A stretch of 64,000 nt of DNA from an uncultured Chromatiales bacterium (lineage in GTDB: Bacteria > Pseudomonadota > Gammaproteobacteria > Poriferisulfidales > Poriferisulfidaceae). Made by a program: the position numbers and the translations under genes. The notes under the pieces are model-generated. The model was not told the origin of the DNA. It did not search any database and saw nothing but the letters and a program-made list of their open reading frames with translations. The stretch is taken from the NCBI GenBank assembly GCA_964526195.1, contig CAZGIH010000003.1, positions 9,434 through 73,433 on the forward strand. The letters are read 5' to 3'. Positions 9,348 through 19,609 of the stretch are shown piece after piece. Position 1 is the first letter of the stretch, and each line of letters begins with the position of its first letter.

Positions 9348-10319
9348 TTACTTAATCAAAATTCGCTTGACTTCGTATTGGCCATAAAAGTCTTGGCCAA
9401 GCAACGCCAGCACCCCGTTCTTTCCATACAAATGCAAGGCACCGACGGCAATGAACGCATTGCCCTCGCGAAACGCTGCGCCCATGTAGTGCGTCATCAC
9501 AATGCTTCGAATATCGATGGCATGCTTGACATACATTTCATAATGCTTCCGTTTGTTCGGGTCCTTATCAATAAAGTCCGTCGACAGATCCATCATGGCC
9601 TGCAGATCTTCCTGCCCGTAGGCCAGAACGATCTCTTCCATGGTATTGCGCATCTCTGGAAAGGCCCGCAACTTGTCTTTCAGCAACGAGACCTGTGAAT
9701 CCACCGGCATCGCATAGAATGCAGCCAGCAACTCTTCCGGGCTCTCGATTTGATACAACTCTTTGTCCTGCAGCACCGCCAGATCCAGAAGCTTCTGATC
9801 CACAATCGGTCCTTGGTGCTCTGACTTAATAGCGAGGCTGTGGATCGCGGCCCACGGTTTTACGCGCCGTGCAAATTCATCATCAACGTAATTGCTCTTG
9901 AGGATCGTATACACCTTCTGCGCCACTTCCTCGCCAGCGACTTCCGCAAGCGTCTGCTTGCCCGGCAGCATCATGCGGCCGCGAATATTCTGAAGCCCAT
10001 GGTAGGGATTCCATAATTCACTCCCGGGAAATGCTTCGATGGCATAGGCCGACGATTGCGTGAACACGTCCATGACTCGTTTCGGAATCCGCGTGACGCG
10101 TTCATCGTTACTATGGAGGGTGCCAAGAATGTGCCCGACAATCTCGCCGTCCTTGCTCACCTCCCAAAAAACACCTTCCGAAAATGGTGCCGGTCTTTGA
10201 GAGATATAGATGGACCCGATCAGCAGAACAAGCAACAGCGCAATAAGTGCTGCCGGAGTAAGACGCTCAGACATCTCGCTGAAAAAACCGTTAGAAAACG
10301 CTGTGCGCAAGTCTATCAC
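9348..10319 (-). CDS. TraB/GumN family protein (Tiki-like metalloprotease fold); start uncertain
   Basis: N-terminal TM segment, W.V.K....HILGTLH, IESPEELL, FIAVGALHLYG..GVLALL pattern. Confidence 0.85.
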   Translation of the reverse strand: MIDLRTAFSNGFFSEMSERLTPAALIALLLVLLIGSIYISQRPAPFSEGVFWEVSKDGEIVGHILGTLHSNDERVTRIPKRVMDVFTQSSAYAIEAFPGSELWNPYHGLQNIRGRMMLPGKQTLAEVAGEEVAQKVYTILKSNYVDDEFARRVKPWAAIHSLAIKSEHQGPIVDQKLLDLAVLQDKELYQIESPEELLAAFYAMPVDSQVSLLKDKLRAFPEMRNTMEEIVLAYGQEDLQAMMDLSTDFIDKDPNKRKHYEMYVKHAIDIRSIVMTHYMGAAFREGNAFIAVGALHLYGKNGVLALLGQDFYGQYEVKRILIK

Positions 10320-10403
10320 AGGGACTCGCTCTCACTGCAAATCACGCAAATAGCACAGAAACCCTTTCGATTCAAGTGTTGTCGCCGTGTAAATCCCCTC
10401 GCC

Positions 10404-13325
10404 TCAGGCGACTTGACGGCGAACTAGATCCCGGAAAACTCCTCCAACCTCCATCAATGTCTCGAAGGTCCCCACTTCGGCCACTTTCCCGGCCTGCATG
10501 ACATAAATGCGATCCGCCTGGCGCAACGTTGAAAGGCGGTGAGCAATGACAATCCGAGTTGAACGTAGACTCGCGAGATTATCCATCACCCTGGCTTGGT
10601 TCTCGTTGTCGAGCCAATTCGTCGCCTCGTCAAGCAACATAACTCGGGGAGTCTCAATCAGCGCATGAGCAATCACGATACGCTGACTTTCTCCTCCTGA
10701 CGTAAGGCCACCACCACCCACGCACGTCAGCATCCCCATCGGCATCCGCATGATGTCGCGGTCGACAGATGCGGCCTTGGCGGCTGTCCATGCGACATCA
10801 CTAGTCACGCCTTCCCGGTCTCCAACGATGTTGTCCCATACGTCCTCCGGATGCAATTGCAGGTCCTGAGGAACTGCGCCAATCTTCCGGCGCACTTGCT
10901 TGAGGTTGAGATGCCTCAGGTCGCGCCCGTCGTAATACACTGCCCCGGAAGACGGATGGTCCAAGCCAAGCGCAATTCGGAAAATCGTACTCTTGCCCGC
11001 CCCCGACTCGCCGGCAATAGCGACAAACTCGCCGGGGTTGGCGCGAATTGTGACATCGTCGAGAATCAGGGGGCCCTCAGGATCATACCGAAAAGTGATG
11101 TGGTCGAACACGACCTCGCCTCCCAAACTCTCGACAAGTTCTCCCTCAGAACTTGTCTCCGGAGTCTCGGATAGAAATGGGCGGATTTGATCGAATGCTG
11201 GCATGATGGCAACGACCGCACTGAACGATGCGCCCAGCCGGGCCACCGCTGCCTGAAACACTATAAACACGAGGTAAATGACAAGAAAGTCTCCGATCTC
11301 GATCCCTTCCCGGCCCGGCGTCATCATCATCAGAAACAGCGTTGCACCGGCAAGCAGTGGCAATGCGGCCCCAAATGCCTGTAAATGATCTTCCAAGGTG
11401 CCTAGTTTGGATTCCGCGCGTTTTTGCTCGCGGTAGCCACGCGCCAGAACCGCGAAAGCGGTCCCTTCCGCATCATCGATCCGTAGTTTAGAAATGCCGT
11501 TGATGAACTGAAACAGTTGACCCGCCATGTGGTGAACGGTTCGCATCACTTGGCCATAAGGCGAGATTTGCTGCAGGCCCAATACTACGGTTACAACCAA
11601 GGACAAAAAACCAAAAGCAGCCGTAACAGTTCCCAGCACCTCATCGTAGTAGGAAATCAGGAGAAACGCGGGTAACAGGAAAACGATTGACAGCACTGCG
11701 TTTGCGATCACGGCCCGCACGGCGTCGCGAAGAGCCTGAAACGTCATACCTCGCATGGCCAGGTTGCCCGCCGGGTAACGACGCAAGAAACTCAAAGGCA
11801 GCCGGAGCAGGCGATCCCAGAATGCAGCCTCAAGCCGAGACGCGCCACGCCCTTCGAGGCGCATGAGCGCCATGCCCTGAAGGATATGCAGTAATGCCCC
11901 AACCAAAGCGAATGCCGCCAGTGTTGCCGTCGCCAGATACAGCAGACTTATTTCACCAGTTGGAATGACTTCATCCACGACGAAACCGACCACTACGGCA
12001 GGCACCAGTATGACCAAGCCACCAAGCAGCCCGGCTGTCGCAAAGCGTAAAAAATCAGCAACTAGACCTTTCCGAACAAGGCGGTACAGGTCTCGCAATC
12101 CGACCTTGCCCGACGTCAGCGGCTGGTAGAAAACCCAAGCGTCAGGATCGAGCGCCTTCGCACGTTCGGGAGTCACTCGAGTGCCGCGTCGTCCGACCAT
12201 CTCCATTTCCCGGTAATGCCCGAGCATACCCGGCAGCAATGCCACAGGCTGCCCATCGGCTTCCCGAAACGCCAACATCGCACCGCTGTCTCCAATCCAC
12301 CACCGTTCTTCCCAAGTCAGCCGCACCTGCCGACCGCGCACTCCAGATGCATCCAAGACGTCGCCGAGGGTAGGAACCGAATCAACAACGCCCGATTTTT
12401 CGGGCCATTTGAAATCAATGCCTTCATGTTCCCCTATAACTTTCAACACCTCAAGCAATGCCGTACCGTCCACATCGGCCCTTTCTTCATCCGGAAGATC
12501 GTAGAGATTGAACAGGCGGTGTCGGGCATGCTCTTCGTCGCTGCGGCGACTAGTCACACGATCCCGTTCCAAATTCGCCTGATCAGCAACCGCCAGATTG
12601 CGGTTGAGCCGCTCATGAGAAAACGCTGTCACGTGGAAATCCGCTAAGGCAGACAGAAGAAGCCCCTCTTTGGCAAAATTTTCCGAGGACCGAATGGAAA
12701 CCTTCGCCTTTTCCATCAAACTTAGCCAAGTCGCAGGCGTAAGCGGTACGGTGCCCTTGGCAGGCTCACCATGCAAATCACCCTCGACCGGATCAATTAG
12801 CCCCAAAAACAATCCCGCTCCTGAAGACAGTTGCGATACCCACACCACGCCCTGCCGGGACGATAGTGTGCCTCCCACTTCTGGAAAAATCTTGTCAGGC
12901 TCGACAGGCGTGTCCGGCCGCGGCCGCGGCCCAGCATCCCGGGACAATTCAGTAGAAATATCCGTGATCCATGCATCGACATGCTCTGCCAATTCCGCAT
13001 TCGGAACCACACCCAAGTCTGCAATCGAAAGACGCCACAAAACCGTGTCCGGCAATCCTTTTGCAACCAAGCCGAAAGTCGTGTCCCCTTCCTGCGGAAC
13101 CACACCCGGCAGAAGACGCCCGGAATGGGCACGAAACAGGTGTTGCGGGGATGCCTGGTCCACTCCGTCCTGACGCTCGACTAGAAACAGGTCAACCGAA
13201 CCTTTCTCGATGAACCAGATGCATTGCGGGTCGTCCATGTCGATCGGCAGGTTTCCGGCGCAGGGCACCAAAGATCCTGATTGAGCCGCCAAACTGGCAA
13301 GAGAGTGGAATTCCGGAGACGCCAT
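10404..13325 (-). CDS. NHLP bacteriocin system ABC transporter, permease/ATP-binding protein with N-terminal cNMP-binding-like domain
   Basis: GGMLAF...PVALLP linker, ABC TM region, Walker A GESGAGKST, SGGESQR, LLDEAT; adjacent to the peptidase ABC gene and an NHLP precursor. Confidence 0.88.
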   Translation of the reverse strand: MASPEFHSLASLAAQSGSLVPCAGNLPIDMDDPQCIWFIEKGSVDLFLVERQDGVDQASPQHLFRAHSGRLLPGVVPQEGDTTFGLVAKGLPDTVLWRLSIADLGVVPNAELAEHVDAWITDISTELSRDAGPRPRPDTPVEPDKIFPEVGGTLSSRQGVVWVSQLSSGAGLFLGLIDPVEGDLHGEPAKGTVPLTPATWLSLMEKAKVSIRSSENFAKEGLLLSALADFHVTAFSHERLNRNLAVADQANLERDRVTSRRSDEEHARHRLFNLYDLPDEERADVDGTALLEVLKVIGEHEGIDFKWPEKSGVVDSVPTLGDVLDASGVRGRQVRLTWEERWWIGDSGAMLAFREADGQPVALLPGMLGHYREMEMVGRRGTRVTPERAKALDPDAWVFYQPLTSGKVGLRDLYRLVRKGLVADFLRFATAGLLGGLVILVPAVVVGFVVDEVIPTGEISLLYLATATLAAFALVGALLHILQGMALMRLEGRGASRLEAAFWDRLLRLPLSFLRRYPAGNLAMRGMTFQALRDAVRAVIANAVLSIVFLLPAFLLISYYDEVLGTVTAAFGFLSLVVTVVLGLQQISPYGQVMRTVHHMAGQLFQFINGISKLRIDDAEGTAFAVLARGYREQKRAESKLGTLEDHLQAFGAALPLLAGATLFLMMMTPGREGIEIGDFLVIYLVFIVFQAAVARLGASFSAVVAIMPAFDQIRPFLSETPETSSEGELVESLGGEVVFDHITFRYDPEGPLILDDVTIRANPGEFVAIAGESGAGKSTIFRIALGLDHPSSGAVYYDGRDLRHLNLKQVRRKIGAVPQDLQLHPEDVWDNIVGDREGVTSDVAWTAAKAASVDRDIMRMPMGMLTCVGGGGLTSGGESQRIVIAHALIETPRVMLLDEATNWLDNENQARVMDNLASLRSTRIVIAHRLSTLRQADRIYVMQAGKVAEVGTFETLMEVGGVFRDLVRRQVA

Positions 13326-13329
13326 GAGA

Positions 13330-15552
13330 CTAACCAGCCTGGACAAGCCGGTAGTAGGCCCCGTCCTTGTCCGTTATCAACTCTGCATGCGTGCCACGCT
13401 GTACTACCTTCCCCTTTTCGAGCACAATAATCTGATCGCAATCCCGAACCGTACTCAGCCGGTGCGCCACGATTAGGCAACTAATTCCTCGGCGGCGTAG
13501 TGCATCGTCGACCAAATCCTCGGTGGCCGCGTCAAGCGCGCTGGTTGCTTCATCAAGAATCAATATTGTCGGATTGCCGACCAATGCACGCGCGATTTCC
13601 AATCGCTGTCGCTGACCGCCGCTGAAATTGTTTCCGTCTTCCTCGACCTGCGTCGCGTAGCCATGCGGCCGGCTAAGAATCTCATCGTGAATGCAGGCAT
13701 CGCGGGCTGCCGTAACCAGAATATCGTCTGGAATGGCAGGATTCCATAAGGTGATGTTGTCACGTACTGTCGCAGAAAAAAGAATGATATTCTGATCCAC
13801 CATAGATAAAGACCGGGACAGAACTTCGTCAGGAACTTCATGCCTGAGATAGCCGTCGAACAGAATTTCACCGGACCATGGCTGGTAGAGGCCGGAAATC
13901 AAGCGAGCCAGTGTCGATTTCCCCGACCCGCTCGCCCCAACCACTGCGACTCTCTGCCCTGGTTTTATTGTCAAGTCAAAATTCTCGATTATGGGACGGC
14001 GGCCCTGGTTGTAGCCAAAGGTGATGTCGCGCAGCTCTACATGTCCAGCCAGCTGCAACCGCCCATTCAGGGTGGCAATGGAATCCGACGAATCACGCCT
14101 CTGAGCCAACCCAGGGTCCTTCGGGGCTTTCGTAATGTCTTCCAAACGTTGCATATCCGTCTCAAGTGCCTGAAGATCGTCTGAAAACGAAACGAAACGT
14201 CCGACGGGTTCCAAAAACATAGCCGCCACAACATAAAATCCCATCAACATGCCGAGTGTCATTTCACCAGCCATAACCTCTGTTGCGCCAACTGCCAATA
14301 CAGCCACACTCCCCAAGATCAAGAACAGGCCTGGCAAAGCCGAATTAACATGGCTCCACTCGGAAAAACACTGGAGCGCCTCTAGTTCTCGGGCTTGATG
14401 GCCGCTCCAGCGGGAAAAGAAACGATCATCCGCGGCAGTCATCCGTAATGTATCCGTGTGATGCAGCATCATCGTTCCGATGCCCAGTAACAGGCTTCGC
14501 TCTCTCTGCAGGGTATGGCTCGCATCGGCGCGAATGCGTGAGATCAGACGCATTAAAACGGCATTAAGCACGGCTAAGCCGAAAACGATTAGCGCTAACG
14601 TCGGCTCGTATGCCAGCATGGCGAGCAAAAATACTATGCTCATTCCGAGTTCGATCAATAGGCTGATGAAATGATTCGAAAGAGTCTTGGCAATCTTGTC
14701 GACAGACAGGACACGGGCTGTCAGTTCTCCCGCTAACCGATGATGGAAGAAGTCGATTGGCAACTGCAATAGCCGGGTTAGGCATTGATCCCAAGCAACT
14801 ATCGAGAGGCGGGCAGCCAAACGCCGCAGACACCTCTGCTTCAGCCAAGTCAATCCGTAGATAAGAACGGCCGCGCTTGCCATGGCGCCGGCCACAATCC
14901 CTCCCCAAGGCTCACTTTTCCCCAATACTTGATCCACGAATATGATCAGTAATGCAGGTGTGGCGAGGGCCAAGACGGCCAGCAATAGCCCGCATCCAAC
15001 TGCATAAGCCAATCCACCCCAAGTGCCTTGCAACCAGGACGGAAGACGTTCCAAGATGCTAGGACGAACGCCCCCGGGCTGGAATTCCGACCCAGGCTTG
15101 AACTGTAGAGCCACTCCTGTAAAGCCGCTTTCAAATTCCTTCCTTGAGAGCTTGCGGCGTCCGGTGGCTGGGTCGTTGAGGTAGAACCAATCGCGGTCAT
15201 AGCCTTCCAAGATCAGAAAGTGGTTGAATTCCCAGAATAAGATCATCGGGAGTGGCCTTTGCTTGATCTGGCCAATTTTTCCGAACCATCCGGAACATTC
15301 GAGACCATAGTGTTGGGCCGCACGCTTGATGCCAGCAGCTGTAGAACCATCCCGACTGATTTCACATCTATCACGTAATTCGGCCAGTGGCACCCAGCGC
15401 CCGAAATAGGCAAGTACGCTACCCAAACACGCGGCAGAGCATTCGGTCATATGCATCTGCAACAGAAGCGGAGTAGTCACACGCCGCTTTTCGCGTTCTT
15501 TTATTTGCAACTTACCGAGTTTAGTCGGTTCTTTCGGGTTGGAAGAAGGCAT
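13330..15552 (-). CDS. NHLP bacteriocin export ABC transporter with C39 peptidase domain
   Basis: C39 triad QMHMTECSAACL, FNHF, LNDPA; Walker A GASGSGKST; FSGGQRQR; ILDEAT. Confidence 0.93.
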   Translation of the reverse strand: MPSSNPKEPTKLGKLQIKEREKRRVTTPLLLQMHMTECSAACLGSVLAYFGRWVPLAELRDRCEISRDGSTAAGIKRAAQHYGLECSGWFGKIGQIKQRPLPMILFWEFNHFLILEGYDRDWFYLNDPATGRRKLSRKEFESGFTGVALQFKPGSEFQPGGVRPSILERLPSWLQGTWGGLAYAVGCGLLLAVLALATPALLIIFVDQVLGKSEPWGGIVAGAMASAAVLIYGLTWLKQRCLRRLAARLSIVAWDQCLTRLLQLPIDFFHHRLAGELTARVLSVDKIAKTLSNHFISLLIELGMSIVFLLAMLAYEPTLALIVFGLAVLNAVLMRLISRIRADASHTLQRERSLLLGIGTMMLHHTDTLRMTAADDRFFSRWSGHQARELEALQCFSEWSHVNSALPGLFLILGSVAVLAVGATEVMAGEMTLGMLMGFYVVAAMFLEPVGRFVSFSDDLQALETDMQRLEDITKAPKDPGLAQRRDSSDSIATLNGRLQLAGHVELRDITFGYNQGRRPIIENFDLTIKPGQRVAVVGASGSGKSTLARLISGLYQPWSGEILFDGYLRHEVPDEVLSRSLSMVDQNIILFSATVRDNITLWNPAIPDDILVTAARDACIHDEILSRPHGYATQVEEDGNNFSGGQRQRLEIARALVGNPTILILDEATSALDAATEDLVDDALRRRGISCLIVAHRLSTVRDCDQIIVLEKGKVVQRGTHAELITDKDGAYYRLVQAG

Positions 15553-15564
15553 TCAGGATAGTCA

Positions 15565-16452
15565 TCAAATTTGCTCTAGGCTAAGCAGCGCGATAGGCGA
15601 ATGCCGACCAAGCATGATGCGTACGTGGCATGGCGTGCCGTCCGGCACAGTGAGTTTCGATTCGGAGTCAAGGGCAATGTCGACGCGATAGGCGTAATCC
15701 ACGCTCTCCGACTGAAATGCCGCAAGCCAACTCGGAAACGGTCCAGAGGTTACAGCGACAATTTCTCCATCCACTTCACGCACTGCCCTGTCCGGCATTA
15801 CAACCTCGACCGATGCCTGCATGCCAGCACGGAGACGTTTTGCCATACGCGGAGCGACTAGTAGCACCGCTTGGAGTGGCTTGTCTTCCGGATCGCGAAG
15901 CTGGGCAACAACTGATCCAGCAGGCAAGTAGTCTCCCGGGGCAGCATCCAAAACCATGATTTCGCCACTCATATGGCTGGCGATAACTTCTTTCGCAGTA
16001 CGCCGGGCCTCCATTTGCAGCAATGCTTCTTGGGCCGAGGCTAGAAACGAGTTCGTGCCGTCACCACCAACCTGCCGCACCCCCGCCTCCAGAATCCCAA
16101 TCTGGTCACGTAAAGCGGTAATCTCACGCTCCAATTCCGGTACGGTCTGACGGGCAATCGGGGCTCCCTTTTCGATCTGGTCTCCAAGGGTCACCAAAAA
16201 TTTCACCAAATGGCCCGGCTCGGCCGAGACAACCTCATGGCGAATTCCTGGCTTCAGTAGGACTCCGTCGACCGTAACGCTGCGTACAACACTGCCGAAT
16301 AATATCCAAACGAGGAGCGCCAACAAAACCACACCGATGCCAGCCAGGATGACGCGCTCGTGAGGAGCCGCTACCCTTAGTAAATAGTCGAGTTGCTGGC
16401 GTTTGTTCCTGCTGGCCGCAGCATCATCAAGAAACAGACTATTGAACATCAA
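15565..16452 (-). CDS. NHLP bacteriocin system secretion protein (HlyD-like adaptor)
   Basis: N-terminal QLDYLLRV..P followed by a TM helix, barrel-sandwich hybrid and coiled coil; first gene of the exporter operon. Confidence 0.88.
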   Translation of the reverse strand: MMFNSLFLDDAAASRNKRQQLDYLLRVAAPHERVILAGIGVVLLALLVWILFGSVVRSVTVDGVLLKPGIRHEVVSAEPGHLVKFLVTLGDQIEKGAPIARQTVPELEREITALRDQIGILEAGVRQVGGDGTNSFLASAQEALLQMEARRTAKEVIASHMSGEIMVLDAAPGDYLPAGSVVAQLRDPEDKPLQAVLLVAPRMAKRLRAGMQASVEVVMPDRAVREVDGEIVAVTSGPFPSWLAAFQSESVDYAYRVDIALDSESKLTVPDGTPCHVRIMLGRHSPIALLSLEQI

Positions 16453-16696
16453 TTCTTGTCCATATAGGGCCGTTCATTATAGTCACAGCCGACACACCGC
16501 CATCAAAAGCCATCGCCTGTCTGCTAGGAAAGAAAGGCATCTCAGAACACTTTATTGAGTGAAAAATCCTCGAAAGTCCATTGGAAATCAGTTCGCAGAA
16601 TGAAGCCCTGGAGGCCTGCACATGTGCATTGACAAGCCTGTAGGGATAAGATACACTCCATACACTCAAGTTAAACCCACCTAGCGAGGAGGAATC

Positions 16697-16969
16697 ATGG
16701 GAGCATTTATGGAATCGGCCATGCAGCGTGCGGAAGAAATGCGCACTCACTTGACCGAGAAAGCATGTGAAGATAGTGAATTCCGCAAGCGTCTTGTGGA
16801 AGACCCTCGGGGTGCTGTTGCCGATGAGTTCGGCATTGAAATCCCCGAAGCTTTTGATGTCCAGGTGCATGAAAGCGATCTGACTACTCTTCACCTTGCA
16901 TTGCCGCCTGGTCCAGATTTGGATGAAGAGCAGCTTGAGGCAGTTGCTGCTGGTCTTTGCTGCTGCTGA
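16697..16969 (+). CDS. NHLP-leader (proteusin-type) RiPP precursor, core LCCC
   Basis: RBS GAGGAGG; nitrile-hydratase-like leader KACEDSEFRKRLVEDPR...VHES...LHLALP...LDEEQLEAVAAG; then CTT TGC TGC TGC TGA. Confidence 0.93.
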   Translation: MGAFMESAMQRAEEMRTHLTEKACEDSEFRKRLVEDPRGAVADEFGIEIPEAFDVQVHESDLTTLHLALPPGPDLDEEQLEAVAAGLCCC

Positions 16970-17139
16970 AAACGATATTACATCTTTTGACGCAGACAGG
17001 TTGACCTAGAGCAATTTCTGTCAATCAAATTGGCTCCTGGCGTTGAGTGTATCGACACTTTTTCGTCAGGAGTCAGTTGGTTAAGGCCACCCGTCAAGGC
17101 GGGAATCAAGTAAATATCTTGTGGTAGAGTTTGCCAAGC

Positions 17140-19503
17140 ATGGCAAGCGAACCTAACAACACCTCTCAAGGTTTTGAAGTACGATTCGGAAAGTGGGTCA
17201 TCGCGGCTCGTTGGCCAATCACCATAATCTCTCTAATCCTGACTGCGCTGGCTGTCAGTGGCAACGTATTTCTCGAAACCGCCACAAGCTATCGTGCATT
17301 CTTCGAGAAAGACAATCCTCAATTTCAAGCGCTCGAATCTCTGGAAAACATCTACGGGAGAAACGACAGTGTCGTCTTCCTTGTGGTCCCAGAAGATCGT
17401 GACTTTGCATCGGAGCAATCTCTCGCGGCTGTAGTCTGGCTAACCGATCGCGCATGGCAAACACCATATTCAACGCGGGTCGATTCAATTGCAAACTTCC
17501 AGCACACTACTGCAAAAGGCGACGATTTGTTCGTGCGCAACCTTGTAGACCCGCAAAAACTAAACAGCGCGCAAGAACGATCTCGAATTCGTGAAACGGC
17601 CCTAGCCGAACCGCGACTCGCCGGCAATCTCGTGGCCCGGGATGGTACCGTAAGCGCGGTCGGCGTCACTGTTCAATTGTCCGAGGAAAACTCATTATTC
17701 GAGGGTTCCGAAGTCGCTAAATTCGCATACAGCCTTGCCGCCGAAGCGGAAGAAAAATTTCCTGGCATCGACCTCCGCTTGGTCGGCTCGATAATAATCA
17801 ACGACACACTTTCAAATGCGACCATAGATAGCCAAATAACCTTCCTGTCCGTGAGCCTGCCCATCATGGCATTGACTCTCGGCATCCTGATTCGGGGGGT
17901 TGTGGGAGTCATGACGACAGGACTTGTCATCATTTTCTCTGTTCTCGCGGCGATAGGGATAGGTGGATGGGCGGGCCTGCCATTCACGCCATCCACAGCT
18001 CCCGCGACAACCATAGTGCTGATGATTTCCATTGCCGGCTGCGTACACCTGCTGGTCACTTTAATGCAGCGTCTACAGGCTGGAGACTCGAAAAATACCG
18101 CGATTGTCGAATCTCTCAGGATCAATCTTTATCCGATGTTCCTTGCGAGCTTGACTACGGCTCTCGGATTCCTGAGCATGAATTTTTCTGAGGTCCCACC
18201 CTATCGCCACCTCGGGATGTTTGTCACATTTGGCGTCGGCGTCTCATTCTTGCTCACGGTAACCTTCCTGCCTGCTCTTCTTTCACTGCTTCCAATGCGC
18301 ACGCCAGCAGCCCGGCAGGAGAAGCATGTAGTAATGGCAGCTATTGCGGAATTCGTGATCCGTCATCGAACACATGTGCTATGGAGTTCGACGGCAGTCG
18401 TCCTAGTGTTGTTGGCTGCAATTCCGCGTAACGAATTAAACGATGTCCTAGTGTATTTCTTCGACGAGAGCATCGAGTTGCGTCAGGATGTCGACTTCAT
18501 GGACGAACACTTGAGCGGAAACACCGTGCTTGAGTACTCGATTGTTTCGTCTGGACCGGAAGGGATCGTCGATCCTGCTTTTCTCGCAGATCTTTCAGCC
18601 TTTGCCGACTGGTACCGGGCTCAACCGGAAACACGGCATGTCATGGTTATTAGCGATACTTTCCGGCAACTTAACAAGAGCATGCACGGCGACGACCCCG
18701 CCGCCTACCACCTGCCCGCCCGTCGTGATCTCGCCGCACAGTACCTGCTGCTTTATGAACTTTCGCTTCCTCTAGGCCTCGACCTGAATAACCAGATTAA
18801 TGTTTCCAAGTCGGCCACCCGCATGACTGTGACAGCGAAAACACTTTCCTCAAACGAAATAGTGGAATTGAACGAGCGTGCGACGGCATGGCTGAACAAC
18901 AATGCGCCCCACTTCACTCGGGCAGAAAGTGCGGGAGTTGCATTAATGTTCGCGCATATTGGGTTACGTAACATCAAGGCCATGCTGCTCGGCATAACAC
19001 TCGCACTTATCGGCATTTCTATCCTTCTCATTATCGCCCTCCGCTCAACCCGTCTTGGCCTTGTGAGCTTAGTGCCAAATCTCGTTCCTAGTGCAATGGG
19101 ATTCGGTGTTTGGGCACTGACCGTAGGAGAAGTTGGACTCATATTGTCAGTTGTCATGGCCATGACCATCGGTATTGTGGTGGATGACACGGTGTACTTC
19201 CTCAGTAAATATCTCAAAGCGCGCCGCAAATACAACTCCACGACTGAAGACGCGGTACGCTACACTTTTCGGAGAGTCGGGCGGGCGTTGGTCACGACCT
19301 CGGCTGTATTGGTGGCTGGTTTCCTGACTTTGGTTCTGTCCCCATTCGTCCCGAACGTGCAGGTCGGGCTACTCATCGCAATGATCATTACATTTGCCTT
19401 GATTGCGGACTTTTTGCTCCTTCCTACCCTGCTAATGGCTTTGGACCGGCGTCCCCGCTCTACTGAACCGACCCCAACAACGCTCGGTCACTCCTCCGCA
19501 TAG
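17140..19503 (+). CDS. MMPL/RND family transporter
   Basis: Two repeats of periplasmic loop plus TM bundle; ASLTTALGFLS, GIVVDDTVYFL, RRVGRALVTTS motifs. Confidence 0.9.
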   Translation: MASEPNNTSQGFEVRFGKWVIAARWPITIISLILTALAVSGNVFLETATSYRAFFEKDNPQFQALESLENIYGRNDSVVFLVVPEDRDFASEQSLAAVVWLTDRAWQTPYSTRVDSIANFQHTTAKGDDLFVRNLVDPQKLNSAQERSRIRETALAEPRLAGNLVARDGTVSAVGVTVQLSEENSLFEGSEVAKFAYSLAAEAEEKFPGIDLRLVGSIIINDTLSNATIDSQITFLSVSLPIMALTLGILIRGVVGVMTTGLVIIFSVLAAIGIGGWAGLPFTPSTAPATTIVLMISIAGCVHLLVTLMQRLQAGDSKNTAIVESLRINLYPMFLASLTTALGFLSMNFSEVPPYRHLGMFVTFGVGVSFLLTVTFLPALLSLLPMRTPAARQEKHVVMAAIAEFVIRHRTHVLWSSTAVVLVLLAAIPRNELNDVLVYFFDESIELRQDVDFMDEHLSGNTVLEYSIVSSGPEGIVDPAFLADLSAFADWYRAQPETRHVMVISDTFRQLNKSMHGDDPAAYHLPARRDLAAQYLLLYELSLPLGLDLNNQINVSKSATRMTVTAKTLSSNEIVELNERATAWLNNNAPHFTRAESAGVALMFAHIGLRNIKAMLLGITLALIGISILLIIALRSTRLGLVSLVPNLVPSAMGFGVWALTVGEVGLILSVVMAMTIGIVVDDTVYFLSKYLKARRKYNSTTEDAVRYTFRRVGRALVTTSAVLVAGFLTLVLSPFVPNVQVGLLIAMIITFALIADFLLLPTLLMALDRRPRSTEPTPTTLGHSSA

Positions 19504-19609
19504 GGATGACCATCCTCAAAGGTTACTCATCACTGGCGCGGATGGGGTCCCTGCGAACATGCAAATAAAGAAACGGAGAACTCGCTCATCACGAAAAGAC
19601 CCATCTGAA

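Noticed and set aside
16439-16894. 151-aa minus-strand ORF as a second precursor
   Set aside because: It is antisense to the real precursor and lacks leader or double-glycine features.
16967-16990. TGA after LCCC read as Trp or selenocysteine
   Set aside because: TGA is a normal stop in many genes here (nrdB, fabA). Read-through would add KRYYIF rather than end at Trp, and no SECIS-like hairpin was recognised.
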